Assembly: GCA_963816145.1 (NCBI GenBank) | Contig: CAWFJP010000030.1 | Span: 160,001 to 224,000 of the forward strand | Direction of reading: 5' to 3' | From: an uncultured delta proteobacterium | Lineage (GTDB): Bacteria > Desulfobacterota > Binatia > UBA9968 | Length of the DNA stretch: 64,000 nucleotides | In this document: positions 20,260 through 31,160 of the stretch, one piece after another | Layout of the letters: each line of letters begins with the position of its first letter | Numbering within the stretch: position 1 is the first letter of the stretch | The notes under the pieces: generated by a model | The model's input: the letters and a program-made list of their open reading frames with translations, nothing else | Told to the model about the DNA's origin: nothing | Database searches by the model: none | Position numbers and translations under genes: made by a program

Positions 20260-21660
20260 TCACTCGCCTTTCAAAAGCGGCTCGATCTTATAGCGGGCAA
20301 ACATTCGATAGAGAGATCGCCGGTCGACGTTCAGTAGCCTGGCGGTCGCCGACACGTTTCCATGGGTTTGTCTGAGCACATGCAGCACGTAGCGTCTTTT
20401 GACATCCTCAAGGCTCGGAGTGTCAGGAAACAAGAATTGCCCATCTTCCGAAGGCGCAGCTGAAAGTCGTGAATTTTTTGGCTCGCCAACGTCTCGGGGC
20501 AAATCTTCCGGTGTCAAAACCGAGCGATAGGAGAGGGCGACGGCCTGCTCGATGGCGTTTTCGAGTTCGCGAATGTTCCCCGGCCATGTATACGCGCACA
20601 AGAGCGCCATAGCATCGTCGGAAATCATTGGGATCGCCTTGTTATTTTCCTCGCTATACTGCTTGAGAAAGTGCTGCGCGAGCAGCGGGATATCGTCACG
20701 GCGATCGCGTAATGGTGGCAAGTGAATCGCAACAACGTTCAATCGGTAATAAAGATCCTGGCGGAACTCACCCAGCCTGACAGCTTCGGCCAAGTTGAAA
20801 TTGGTCGCGGCGACAACCCGGGCGTCGACTGGGGTCCAATCTTTGCCGCCGACACGGCGGACTTCATGTTCCTGCAGCACTCGCAGGAGCCGGGCTTGCA
20901 AGTTCGGACTGATGCCACCGATTTCGTCGAGGAAGCAGGTGCCGCCCTGTGCTTCTTCGAATACTCCCTTCTTATCGGCAATCGCGCCGGTGAACGCGCC
21001 ACGCACATGTCCAAAAAGCTCGCTTTCGAGAATCGATTCAGTTAAAGCGCCACAGTCTACTGCCACAAAAGGCCGGTGCGCCCGCGGGCTATGTTCGTGA
21101 ATCGCGCGCGCGATCATTTCCTTGCCGGTGCCGCTTTCTCCCAGAATCAGCACGGTGCTTTTCGCCGGAGCGACCCTGGCCACAGTCTTATAAACTTCCA
21201 GCATGGCTGGAGTCTTGCCGATAATTTTGCTGGCTGCTTGGCGCGAAGACATACCCTCGTTGGAATCGAGCGGCTGATCGCCTGGGCGTTGCACGGACCG
21301 GGAAGTCAACGCCCTTTCGACGGTTTTTTGCAGCTCGGCGAGATTCATCGGTTTCGAAATGAAATCGAAAGCGCCATCATGAATCGCCTCCACCGCTGTT
21401 TCGATGGAGCCGAAGGCGGTCATGACGATCACCGGCAGGCCGGGATACTTTTCGTGGACGATACGCGTAACTTCCAAGCCGGACGTACCGGGCATGCGCA
21501 CATCGACGATCAACAAGTCATACGGGCCCTGCGCTAAGCATGCGAGCGCCTGGTCACCCGAAGTCACCTTTTGCACATCGTAGCCCTGGCCTTCCAAGGT
21601 CTCGGCAAAAAGCTGACAACTCACTTCGTCGTCGTCAGCGATCAGAATCTGTGCGTTCAT
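20260..21660 (-). CDS. sigma54-dependent response regulator (NtrC/AtoC family)
   Basis: REC, GESGTGKE, ESELFGHVRGAFTGA, FLDEI, FRQDLYYRLNV, WPGNIRELEN, Fis-type HTH. Confidence 0.96.
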   Translation of the reverse strand: MNAQILIADDDEVSCQLFAETLEGQGYDVQKVTSGDQALACLAQGPYDLLIVDVRMPGTSGLEVTRIVHEKYPGLPVIVMTAFGSIETAVEAIHDGAFDFISKPMNLAELQKTVERALTSRSVQRPGDQPLDSNEGMSSRQAASKIIGKTPAMLEVYKTVARVAPAKSTVLILGESGTGKEMIARAIHEHSPRAHRPFVAVDCGALTESILESELFGHVRGAFTGAIADKKGVFEEAQGGTCFLDEIGGISPNLQARLLRVLQEHEVRRVGGKDWTPVDARVVAATNFNLAEAVRLGEFRQDLYYRLNVVAIHLPPLRDRRDDIPLLAQHFLKQYSEENNKAIPMISDDAMALLCAYTWPGNIRELENAIEQAVALSYRSVLTPEDLPRDVGEPKNSRLSAAPSEDGQFLFPDTPSLEDVKRRYVLHVLRQTHGNVSATARLLNVDRRSLYRMFARYKIEPLLKGE

Positions 21661-22948
21661 TGCGATTCTCTGTTGGCTCTATAACTATCGGCGCGGCGGC
21701 GCTTGGCAGAGATACGGTAATCGTCGTTCCGACCCCCAGCCGACTTTCCACGGCGATCGAGCCGCCATGAGCTTTGACAATTTCTTGACAAATGACCAAA
21801 CCTAAGCCCGTCCCTTTGCCAGGCGCTTTTGTCGTGACAAATAGATCGAAGACTTTCGGCAACATGTCTGGCGATATGCCCACGCCCGTATCGGTGAGCT
21901 TAATGACCACATAGGGTCCTTGATCAGCGATCCCGCCTGCGACGACGCCGGAGATCTTAACCTGACCGCCGCTATCGCAAGCATCGATTGCGTTGTCCAA
22001 TAGGTTGATGAGTACTCGCTGGATGGATGTGCCGTCACCATAAATGACCGGCGAGTCATCGGCGAGCGCCGCGCTTATCTCCACGCCGCGCTGCTTGAAG
22101 ACTGGTTGAAGCAAAAGCAACGTGTCCCGGATCAGCTCGTTGATATCGATTCGCTCCCGCGGTGAACTGCCACGCGTATACGACAAATAGTTTTGGATAA
22201 TATCCCCCATCCGATGGATTTGAGTTTCAATGATCGCTAACCGGCGGCGGGCTCGATCGGGCAGGTTTTCTTGCGCCAGAAGTTGCGCATAACCCAATAC
22301 CGAATTGAGCGGCGTGCCCAAATCATGGGCCACGGTTGCCGTCATCCGGCCAAGCGTGGCAAACCGCTCGACCGGGCCGATCTGCTGTTGCAATCGCAAG
22401 AGTTCCTTCTCAACTTTCCGGCGTTCAACGACCTCGGCTTGCAAAGCTTCGTTGGCCTGCGCTAGCTCGGCGGTTCGCTCCTGAACCCGATCCTCCAGTT
22501 TCGCGTGAGCTTGCCGCAATTCCGCTTCGGCGCGACGTTGGGCATTGGTTAAATAGTTGGTAAGGAATGCAACGATCAAAAAGACGCATAGGCGTACGAG
22601 GGCGTGGGAATCGAGCTCGATCGAAGCGATTGGCGCGATGAAAAGATAATCGAGGGCGAGAGCCGAACACACTGTGGCGACCAACCCTGCGCCGAGACCG
22701 CCGTACCACGCACTCAGCATGACCGCGAGAAAATAAAAGGTGAAATGACTGGGATCGAGCCGCGGCGGCAACAGGGAGGCAAGAAATGAGGCCAGAGCGA
22801 CGGTGGCAAAAGGAACGAAGTAGCGGAACGGAAGCGGCCGGTCGATAACCAGCAGGTTCCGGTATCGCGACAGCAGAGGATGGTGACTTGTCGGACTCAA
22901 AGTGCGCACCGATTCGAGGAACGGATTAAAAGCAGATTTGATTTCCAC
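21635..22948 (-). CDS. Sensor histidine kinase with DUF4118 (KdpD-like) membrane domain
   Basis: FLAVMLSAWYGGLGAGL..DYLFIAP; H-box VAHDLGTPL, NLLDNAIDA, DTGVGI, FVTTK, GTGLGL. Confidence 0.93.
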   Translation of the reverse strand: MEIKSAFNPFLESVRTLSPTSHHPLLSRYRNLLVIDRPLPFRYFVPFATVALASFLASLLPPRLDPSHFTFYFLAVMLSAWYGGLGAGLVATVCSALALDYLFIAPIASIELDSHALVRLCVFLIVAFLTNYLTNAQRRAEAELRQAHAKLEDRVQERTAELAQANEALQAEVVERRKVEKELLRLQQQIGPVERFATLGRMTATVAHDLGTPLNSVLGYAQLLAQENLPDRARRRLAIIETQIHRMGDIIQNYLSYTRGSSPRERIDINELIRDTLLLLQPVFKQRGVEISAALADDSPVIYGDGTSIQRVLINLLDNAIDACDSGGQVKISGVVAGGIADQGPYVVIKLTDTGVGISPDMLPKVFDLFVTTKAPGKGTGLGLVICQEIVKAHGGSIAVESRLGVGTTITVSLPSAAAPIVIEPTENRNERTDSDR

Positions 22949-23226
22949 GATTTCGGGTCCGAGCCGGCTAGCGGAGCCAAAAAATAAAGCCGCAGTCGCC
23001 GCGATCTCACCCTAAAGCGAGCTAGATGTACAAATTTCATTCCACCGGTCCTGAAGACGATTCCGATGATTCCCGCTCATGGAATGTCTACTTGATGCCA
23101 TGCGCCACTGCAAGAACGCCACACCCATCCGACATTTTTGCCTCAATCCGCTGCACGACTGAGTATGGATGGACGATTAAAGACAAGCTCCAGAGGTGTC
23201 CAGCAGCCAACATCATCTCTCATTAC

Positions 23227-23242
23227 TGGCCTCTCCTTTGCT
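23227..23242 (+). promoter_or_regulatory. sigma54 (-24/-12) promoter
   Basis: TGGCCTCTCCTTTGCT = GG-N10-GC, followed by AGGAGG RBS and ATG 23272. Confidence 0.65.
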
Positions 23243-23271
23243 CGGTGGCTCATGCAGGAGGGAAACTAAAC

Positions 23272-24282
23272 ATGAAGAATCCGATCCTGGACAGATTCTA
23301 CAACCGCAATCGCTTCGCCGTCATACTCGCGGGCGGGGATGGAATGCGGCTTCGGCCTTTTGTGCGTAAACTGCGTGGGGATTTGTTGCCCAAGCAATAC
23401 GTGAAATTCTTCAACCAACAGTCGTTGCTCGAAGCAACGCTCCAGCGGATACGCCGATTGGTCCCGGCAGAAAAACAATTTGTCGTCGTCACCGAAAATC
23501 ATTTCGATCACCCTGAGGTCGCGGAGCAACTTAACAGCCATCCCGCGGTCGGCGTTACAATACAGCCCAGAAACCGGGACACCGGCTTGGGTTTACTTTT
23601 GCCGCTTGCGCAATTACATCGACGGCATCCCGACGCCATCGTCGCGGTCTTTCCATCAGACCACTTTATCGAGCAGGAGGGTTTGTTTCTCACCCATGTC
23701 GAAGCCGCCTACAATTTCGTCGAACGCGAAAACTCGAAAATAGTGCTGCTCGGGATCGCTCCCACCGCGCCGGAAACCGACTACGGCTACATCCTTCCGA
23801 GTAACCGGTGGCACAACGCGTTTCCATTCGGAGCCAGAGAGGTGGCGCGATTCGTCGAAAAACCCGACGCCATTCTGGCCCGCAAACTCATACTGCGAAG
23901 CGGCTTCTGGAATACCATGGTGATGATTTTCAAAGTCAGCACGCTGATCGAGCATGTCCGCAAGATCGTTCCGCAGGCGTATCGCATGTTCGAGGGAACG
24001 GACAAGGCCGGAATCGCGGCCGAATTTGAAAAGCGCATCGAGCAGGCCTTTGACGAGATCGCGCCGTTTAATCTTTCCAAAGATCTGTTGGAAACGCTCG
24101 CCGCGCAACAAGGCCGCGCGCTCGTGGTCTTACCGGTTCGCGGCGTTCACTGGACCGATTGGGGTTCGGAGGAACGCATCATGAAAACCGTGAAACTCCA
24201 TAAAGAAACGCGAATCGGCCTGGAGTCATCGGGTGCCGCCTTCAATTCTTTGCTCAGGGAATTTGTAGCGGGATCGGCCTAG
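23272..24282 (+). CDS. Sugar-phosphate nucleotidyltransferase (mannose-1-phosphate guanylyltransferase-like)
   Basis: VILAGGDGMRLRP..PKQY..QPRNRDTG..FPSDH..DYGYI..FVEKP..WN..WTDWGS. Confidence 0.88.
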   Translation: MKNPILDRFYNRNRFAVILAGGDGMRLRPFVRKLRGDLLPKQYVKFFNQQSLLEATLQRIRRLVPAEKQFVVVTENHFDHPEVAEQLNSHPAVGVTIQPRNRDTGLGLLLPLAQLHRRHPDAIVAVFPSDHFIEQEGLFLTHVEAAYNFVERENSKIVLLGIAPTAPETDYGYILPSNRWHNAFPFGAREVARFVEKPDAILARKLILRSGFWNTMVMIFKVSTLIEHVRKIVPQAYRMFEGTDKAGIAAEFEKRIEQAFDEIAPFNLSKDLLETLAAQQGRALVVLPVRGVHWTDWGSEERIMKTVKLHKETRIGLESSGAAFNSLLREFVAGSA

Positions 24283-25439
24283 GGCGCGCCGAAGCATTTT
24301 GTCGCATTGTCCCAGAGCATTTTTCCCATGACCTCGGCTCCGAGGGATTGCCACGCCAGCACCTTGTTCGTCGATTCGGGAAAGCGCGATTCGGCGTGGG
24401 GATAATCGGATGAATACATCAGCACGCCGTCGCCAAGAAAATCGCTGACCATGCGCGCCATCTTCTCGCCTTCGTGGATCACCACGCTGGCGAAAAATCG
24501 CCCACCGGTCATGTATTCGCTGGGTTTATGGGCGAGGTTCGCCGGCAAGGCATAGGGCATATATTCGCATTGATCGTCCATCCGTGCCGCCCAAAACGGC
24601 AGCCAGCCGAAACCGGATTCGAGAATGCAGTAACGAATGTTCGGATAGCGGTCCATGATGCCTGCGCCGAAAAACGCCGTCACGGCGCGCATGGCGCCCC
24701 AAGGATGCGAAGCGGTGCGGCCGATGAACGGGTTGTCCCACAGATCGCGGTACCCGGGATAACCGGCGGTAAAACTATGATGCGCCACACATAATCCAGC
24801 CTCGTTGGCCGCGGCCCAAATCGGCTCCAGCACCGGGTGATCGATGGGCATGCCTTCAGCCAGGTTGGGATGGATGCCCGCGGCCCAGGGCGCGCGCGCC
24901 CAAGCTTTGATTTCCTGCACCGAAGCCTCGACGGCACGGCTGGTGACCACGATGAGCGATTTCAGCCGGTGCGGATACTTGCTGCAAAAATCGTCGGTGA
25001 AACGGTGGTTGGCGCGAATGAAGCCGACTTCAACCTCCACTTCATCGGTTGCCGGCGGCAGACCGGGCAGCATGAGCTGAACGTCCACACCCTCCTCGTC
25101 CATGTCGCGAATGCGCGCGCCAGCGTCATCATCAGCCCCGCCGGGCGTTGGGAAACGGCTCCCCATGAACGTCGGGAAATGCGGCTCGACATGTTCTCGC
25201 GGTCCCGCCTCGCCCAACACCCGCAGTTCCTCGCGCCAACCGGCACGTTTGATAAACCGGTAGCGGTGGCGATAGGGCGGCTCGAGTTTCTCACCGGCCC
25301 AGCCGATGCGAAAGGGCACCTTGCAGCTCTCCCACTCCGGCAACCGCCGGCGCATGGCGGCATCGAAGTACGGTTCCAAAGTTTCCGCCGATGGACTGAG
25401 ATGGGTATCCGAATCGTAAATCTTGAAACCGTTGCGCAT
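24279..25439 (-). CDS. Amidohydrolase (Amidohydro_2)
   Basis: IYDSDTH, DMDEEGVD, ILESGFGWLP, SSDYPHAES. Confidence 0.9.
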   Translation of the reverse strand: MRNGFKIYDSDTHLSPSAETLEPYFDAAMRRRLPEWESCKVPFRIGWAGEKLEPPYRHRYRFIKRAGWREELRVLGEAGPREHVEPHFPTFMGSRFPTPGGADDDAGARIRDMDEEGVDVQLMLPGLPPATDEVEVEVGFIRANHRFTDDFCSKYPHRLKSLIVVTSRAVEASVQEIKAWARAPWAAGIHPNLAEGMPIDHPVLEPIWAAANEAGLCVAHHSFTAGYPGYRDLWDNPFIGRTASHPWGAMRAVTAFFGAGIMDRYPNIRYCILESGFGWLPFWAARMDDQCEYMPYALPANLAHKPSEYMTGGRFFASVVIHEGEKMARMVSDFLGDGVLMYSSDYPHAESRFPESTNKVLAWQSLGAEVMGKMLWDNATKCFGAP

Positions 25440-26026
25440 GAGTGCTCCTTCCTCGTGTGGCTAGCAACCCGTGTGAAGCTATCCATAACACGACTACCAG
25501 CGCCAGTGAACATTGGGTGCCTCGCCCATCCCATTTACAACTGACTTTGTTGCCAAAGAAAAAATCCTACAGCTCGGTTGGAAGCGTAAAAACCAATAGA
25601 TCGCCATCACTTAACATCAACGCGAAGCAAAATTTCGATGATTTTATGCATCACCTTACTATATTTATCGTCATGTGTTATGCTTGCGCTACTGATTGAC
25701 GAAGAAAAGACAACTCCATTTGAAGATTCGCGGAATTCGAAGTTGATCTCCAACCGAATTCTGGTTTGACTCTACTCGTCAGGGTCCTGCCGGTAGTTTT
25801 TCTCAGTTGGTCCAGAAAGCGTTTATCTCCCGTTAGCTGATCGCCACAGTGAGATGACGGCGATGGCAGCGGAATTGCTCGTTTAGTTCTCTGTTAATCC
25901 AGCCTGGTTAGGAGTAGCTACCCGGGCCGAGTAGCTATTGCCGCCTATTTCCGGAAACGCCGCCGGGTGGTGACACGGAAAAACCAGCGGGCCAAATTGG
26001 TATGCTCGTGTCAAATGTTATGAAAC

Positions 26027-27330
26027 TTGAAAGTAGGTAGATTGGCTGATCAAAAAACCGGTATTCAATTGCTCCTGCGTGCTCTGGCTTCAAGAAACTA
26101 TCGCCTTTATTTCACTGGACAAGCACTGTCGCTGATCGGCACGTGGATCCAACAAATCGCCATGCGATGGCTGGTGTATCGGCTGACCAAATCTGAATTG
26201 TTGCTCGGCGTCGTCGGATTCGCCAGCGACATTCCCGTCTTCGTTCTGGTACCCGTTGCTGGGGTGATCGCCGACAAATTCAAACGCCACCGGATATTGG
26301 CGATCACTCAATCTCTGGCGGCGCTCCAAGCATTTATCCTTGCGATTCTCGTGCTCACCGGCCACATCGCGGTTTGGCACATTGTCGCACTGGGCGTTTG
26401 CTCGGGGATCGTCAACGCGTTCGACATACCGGCACGCCAGGCGTTCTTGGTGGACGTGGTTGAGAACAAGGAGGATTTAGGCAACGCCATCGCGCTGAAC
26501 TCCTTCATCTTCAATGGCGCACTGCTGATCGGGCCGTCGATAGCGGGTGTGGTGATCGCCTTTTTCGGCGAAGCGCCATGCTTCATTTTGAATGGCGTAA
26601 GCTATCTGGCTCTGATCGGTGCGCTCTTCATCATGAAGATTCCCGAGAGAACAATAGCCTCCGCTAATCTTAAGATTGGCCGGGGAATCCTGGAAGGGGC
26701 GAGTTACGCGTTTCGTTCGGTTCCGATCAGATCGATCTTACTGCTGGTCGCTCTGGTCAGCTTTATGGGAGTTTCTTACGTACTGCTCATGCCGGTATTC
26801 GCTGCAAGTATTCTGCGCGGCGGTCCACAAACATTTGGCTATCTTATGTCGGCGACCGGCGTCGGGGCTTTGGCGGGCGCGGTCTTTTTGGCGTCGCGCA
26901 AGAATATTATCGGGTTAGCCAAACTGATTGTTGTCGCAGGTGTCTTGTACGGTATCGGGCTCTCCGCTCTATCCTTGTCGCATTACTTAACTGTTTCATT
27001 GTTGATAGCCGTCATGATCGGTACGACATTGATGTTGCAGATGGCCTCCAGCAACACGATCCTGCAGACCATCGTCGATGATGCCAAGCGCGGCCGGGTG
27101 ATCAGTCTCTTTGTCATGGCGCGCCGGGGCGTCGAAGCATTTGGCAGCTTATTGGCTGGCCTTCTCGCCCACAACAAATTGGTACGCCGAACACCTTTTT
27201 GATCGGCGGCATAGTTTGCGTGCTCGCCTCCCTCGCTTTCGCGAGCAAAATATCCTTGCTGAAAACTACCAGCAAATCCTTCTACGCAAATCAGCGAGCC
27301 ATAAAGTTAGCCACCGGACCTGTCCCATAG
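26027..27330 (+). CDS. MFS transporter (MFS_3-like); last helix frameshifted near 27175
   Basis: LRALASRNYRLYF..AFDIPARQAF..KRGRVIS; final TM (KIGTPNTFLIGGIVCVLASLAF) continues in another frame to TAG 27330. Confidence 0.85.
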
Positions 27331-27449
27331 CTCACGTGTGAACTTAGCCATTCCCGACTGCGTATGGCGGCATCGAAGGAAAGACTCCAGGGTTTCGGCT
27401 AAAGGATTGAGGTGCGTGTCCGAATCGAAGATCTTACAACTGTGGCGCC

Positions 27450-30400
27450 TTACCCCACCGCCCTCTTCCGCACATCGTCGAGAATCAAAACCAGCTCGTC
27501 CACATCCTTCGACTCGAATACCCCGTCGACCCCGCGCGGACTGAAGTCGGTGTACGGTGAATCGTAGAGCAAGCGCGCATCCATCGAACCATGCTCGGTT
27601 AGGTGATCAATGATCAAGTTCAGGAATTCAATTTGATTCGCACCCAAGGTTCTCCCGGTGAGAAACCCACTCAGAGATTTCTTGGCGGCTTCACGGTCCA
27701 GGCCGATCAATGAACGGACAAACAAACCTAACCCCTCGCTGGTCTCCTTAGCTTTTTGCACATCCTCGACGTTGCCGATTCCGCTCTCCGAGAGCATGCG
27801 CTCCAACTCTGCCAAGTCAGTCGAAGTCAGCGGTTCATTCATGCGCAGCTTATAGACTGAGAGGTGATTTTCATTGGCTTTGAGAAACTGACGCGCCTTG
27901 GCGCGGAATCGTTCGAAATCGCTCGGAGTCGAGAGCCCTGGCAAGGTGAATTCTCTTTCGCTGCCCATCAAGTCTTCGAAGTCGGTATAGATCGGCTTGC
28001 GCTGCTTTTTCTCGATCAACTTCACCAGCGAACGGAGCCTGCGTCTGACATTTTCCAAAATTGGCACCGTGACGTTCTGCCACCAGTCGTCGGTCTGCAG
28101 GTCGAGAATCAGCGGCAACTCGGCCTGAATCATCGGAATGCTGGATTTATCCTGGAGCAGACCGGCAATGCCCTTTACCTGATCGCGCAGGCGGGCAAAC
28201 CAAGGCTCCTGGCGTAAGACCGCGAGCTGCAAATTGAGAATCAGCAAGTCGAAGCGCTTCGCCTCTTCGTCTTCGGCATCGAGCTCGGTCGGCAAGCCTG
28301 CCACTTCGTGCGACAGCTCAGTGTACGCAACGCCGTCTAGTTGACTCCACGCGATTGTCGAGGCGTATTTCTCGACCAGCCGCCGTTTGGGCCGGACGAC
28401 GAAGTTGTTCAGATTCATCGCTGCCACTTCCATGCGCAGCAATTCCGCCGTCGCGCGCCGCACCTCATCGTCTGAGGATCCGGCGCCGAAGGTCGCGCCG
28501 GCCTCACCGCTCTGCCCGCCACCATCCTGTGTTGGTTCAACCGACACCTTCTTGTCCAGCTCGCCAATCAACTCCAGCCGCGCGTTAAACAAGCGCTTGG
28601 CCAACGATCCACTGAGATTGCCCTCGGTGACCGGTAGCTGTTGGCTGAAGTATTCGAGGTTCTGGCAATAGTCGAAAACGTAAAAAAACTCTTTGTCCTT
28701 GCCCGGCCCGAACAAGTCGGGACACAACCGGGTTCCCCGCCCGAGCATCTGCCAGAACTTAGTCTTTGAACGCACCAGCTTGAAGAAAACCAGGTTGACC
28801 ACCTCGGGGATATCGATGCCGGTATCGAGCATATCCACGGAGATCGCGATAAGCGGCTCTTTGGCGAGGATGGAGAAATTATCGATCAGGTTTTGCGCAT
28901 ACTCGGTCTCGAAGTCGATGACCCGGGCGAACTCGCCTTTGTAGTGCGGGTAATTAAGATTGAACCGCTCAGCGATGAACTGCGCGTGATCGTGATTTTT
29001 GGCAAAGACGATGGTCTTGCCCAGGCGATCGCCGCCGGCGACTTTGAGGCCGCGCGTCATCAGATGTTCCAGCACCTTGTCGACGGTATCTTTGTTGAAC
29101 AGCCAGCGGTTGACCGCTTCGGCTTCGACCCGATTGGGGATGCTACCGTCGTCGTTCCAGTCGAGCGCATCCCACTCTTCTTTCTCTTCCTCGGAAAGTT
29201 GTTCGTAGGAGATCCCTTCGCGCTGGAATCGCAGCGGCACCGACACCGCTTTGGGCGGCACCAGGAAGCCGTCTCTAACCGCTTCGTCGAGCGTGTAGTT
29301 ATCGGTCGGCACGCCGCTTTCAAGGTTGAACAATCTGTAAGTATTGCGATCGACTTCGTCCTTCGGCGTCGCGGTGAGCCCGACCAACAAGGAATCGAAG
29401 TACTCGAAGATCGCGCCGTATTTTTGGTAGACTGAGCGGTGCGCCTCATCGATGATGACCAGATCGAAATGACCGACGCCGAAGCGCCGCTGGTCGTCAC
29501 GCGACTCCTCGATCAAACCCATCATCGTTGGATAAGTCGATACATAAACACGGCCCTCGGTATCCTTCTCCGTCACGAGATTCACCGGCGACGTATCCGG
29601 AAGAAAGTTCTTAAAAGCGTTCACCGCCTGGCGCACCAGCGCCACCCGGTCGGCGAGGAACAACACGCGCTTTGCCCAGTTGCAGCGCATCAACAGCTCG
29701 CACAGCGCGATTACGGTCCGGGTTTTGCCGGCGCCCGTGGCCATGGTCAGCAAAGCCTTGCGGTCTAGATCCCGTTCGAAGGCTTCACCGACGCGCCGGA
29801 TCGCCCGCGATTGGTAATAGCGCTCGACAATCGACTCGTCGATTTTAGCGTCGGCGAGGCTCTTGCGCGCTTCACGCCGTTGGATCAGCAACTCCAACTC
29901 AGGCTTCTTGTAAAAGCCTTGCACCGGCCGCGGCGGATAACTCAGCTCGTCCCACATCCAGTGGTCGTAACCGTTGGAGTAAAAGATTATCGGCCGTTGG
30001 CCGAACTGTTTCTCCAGGCAGTCCGCGTACAGCTTGGCTTGCTGTTGACCGACCCTTGAGTCGCGTTTGGTCCGTTTCGCCTCGACCAGGCCGAGCGGCT
30101 TGCCATCGTCGCCCCACAGGACGTAATCGACAAAGCCTTCGCCGGTATTGTTGGGCATGCCGGTGACGGGAAACTCCCGGTCTTGCGGATCGGCGAGCGC
30201 CCAGCCTGCTTCCTTCAGCAGCAGATCGATGAAGTAGTCGCGAGTTTCGGCTTCCGAATAGTCGTGATCGTCGGCCCGCGCGGCGTTTTGCTTTTTGGTC
30301 TCGGCGACTTCGATCCGCAATCTTTGCAGTTCGTCATCCAACGCCTTCTTGCCCGATAATAGTTGGGAGAGTTTTTCGTCGCGCTCGCGCAAGTCGCTCT

Positions 30401-30872
30401 CTAACTTCTGCAGTTGTTCGAGCGTCTGCGGCGAGGCGGCGCTGCTCTTCGGGAGCAAATCTGGGTTGAAGGAAAGATCGTCCGCCGGCTTCGCGCCACG
30501 CCCATAGCTGCGCGCCAGCCAGAACATGAAGTGAAACAGTTCCTTCGCCGCCGCTAACGCGTCGAGTTGGCGCACCGGCTTATGGCTGTGAACCGCGAGA
30601 TTACCGAGGTCTTTGACGACTTTGATTTTGGCGAAGATCGCCGGGCCGACGGCGTTGCGAAAGGACGGCGCGTGAATCAGCGCGCTGAGATGGTCTTGAT
30701 AGGGAAGTTTGAGAGCCGCGTCGTGTTTATAAAGCCACTGCACCGCCAGCTCCAACGCCCGGCGGGCATGGAAGCAAGAACTGCGCGAGTCCGGATAAAC
30801 CAGCGACTCCGCCTGCGCCGCCGGATCGAACAGTTCCGGCCATTCATCTTTAAGGAAGTCGAAAAAGCTCAC
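27450..30872 (-). CDS. hsdR: Type I restriction enzyme R subunit
   Basis: DYVLW..LVEAK nuclease motif, MATGAGKT, IIDEAHRS, GLTATP, DMLDTGIDIPE, QMLGRGTR; intact 1140 aa. Confidence 0.96.
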   Translation of the reverse strand: MSFFDFLKDEWPELFDPAAQAESLVYPDSRSSCFHARRALELAVQWLYKHDAALKLPYQDHLSALIHAPSFRNAVGPAIFAKIKVVKDLGNLAVHSHKPVRQLDALAAAKELFHFMFWLARSYGRGAKPADDLSFNPDLLPKSSAASPQTLEQLQKLESDLRERDEKLSQLLSGKKALDDELQRLRIEVAETKKQNAARADDHDYSEAETRDYFIDLLLKEAGWALADPQDREFPVTGMPNNTGEGFVDYVLWGDDGKPLGLVEAKRTKRDSRVGQQQAKLYADCLEKQFGQRPIIFYSNGYDHWMWDELSYPPRPVQGFYKKPELELLIQRREARKSLADAKIDESIVERYYQSRAIRRVGEAFERDLDRKALLTMATGAGKTRTVIALCELLMRCNWAKRVLFLADRVALVRQAVNAFKNFLPDTSPVNLVTEKDTEGRVYVSTYPTMMGLIEESRDDQRRFGVGHFDLVIIDEAHRSVYQKYGAIFEYFDSLLVGLTATPKDEVDRNTYRLFNLESGVPTDNYTLDEAVRDGFLVPPKAVSVPLRFQREGISYEQLSEEEKEEWDALDWNDDGSIPNRVEAEAVNRWLFNKDTVDKVLEHLMTRGLKVAGGDRLGKTIVFAKNHDHAQFIAERFNLNYPHYKGEFARVIDFETEYAQNLIDNFSILAKEPLIAISVDMLDTGIDIPEVVNLVFFKLVRSKTKFWQMLGRGTRLCPDLFGPGKDKEFFYVFDYCQNLEYFSQQLPVTEGNLSGSLAKRLFNARLELIGELDKKVSVEPTQDGGGQSGEAGATFGAGSSDDEVRRATAELLRMEVAAMNLNNFVVRPKRRLVEKYASTIAWSQLDGVAYTELSHEVAGLPTELDAEDEEAKRFDLLILNLQLAVLRQEPWFARLRDQVKGIAGLLQDKSSIPMIQAELPLILDLQTDDWWQNVTVPILENVRRRLRSLVKLIEKKQRKPIYTDFEDLMGSEREFTLPGLSTPSDFERFRAKARQFLKANENHLSVYKLRMNEPLTSTDLAELERMLSESGIGNVEDVQKAKETSEGLGLFVRSLIGLDREAAKKSLSGFLTGRTLGANQIEFLNLIIDHLTEHGSMDARLLYDSPYTDFSPRGVDGVFESKDVDELVLILDDVRKRAVG

Positions 30873-31094
30873 GGGAAATCCACCGCCGGGCTATCGGCAA
30901 ATAGTTTCACATAAGGATCGTAGCGAAAGCGACCGCCTCGGACATATGATTCAGCGACGAGTTCGGCCATATTATCGTTTGCATGCAGTATAGATCGCTA
31001 TTGGCTCCATATTATAGGCAGCGTGATATTTGGAAGTCACCTATATGATGGTCTCTTATTACCAAGCGGGCGCAATATGGCCAGCCTATAAGCC

Positions 31095-31160
31095 TGTCAT
31101 CCGGTCACGGATGACTGTAACAACATGTCACAGCTCCATGTCATAGCTTGTCACAGCTCC
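31095..31160. repeat. Tandem TGT(C/A)A direct repeats at the fic 3' end, upstream of hsdR
   Basis: TGTAAC 31116, TGTCAC 31126, TGTCAT 31139, TGTCAC 31149, plus TGTCAT 31095; TGTCACAGCTCC occurs twice. Confidence 0.6.

Noticed and set aside
23026-23271. N-terminal extension of the nucleotidyltransferase
   Set aside because: Contains the sigma54 promoter and RBS for ATG 23272
25560-26026. Riboswitch or sRNA between the amidohydrolase and MFS genes
   Set aside because: No known aptamer consensus seen; a covariance-model search would be needed
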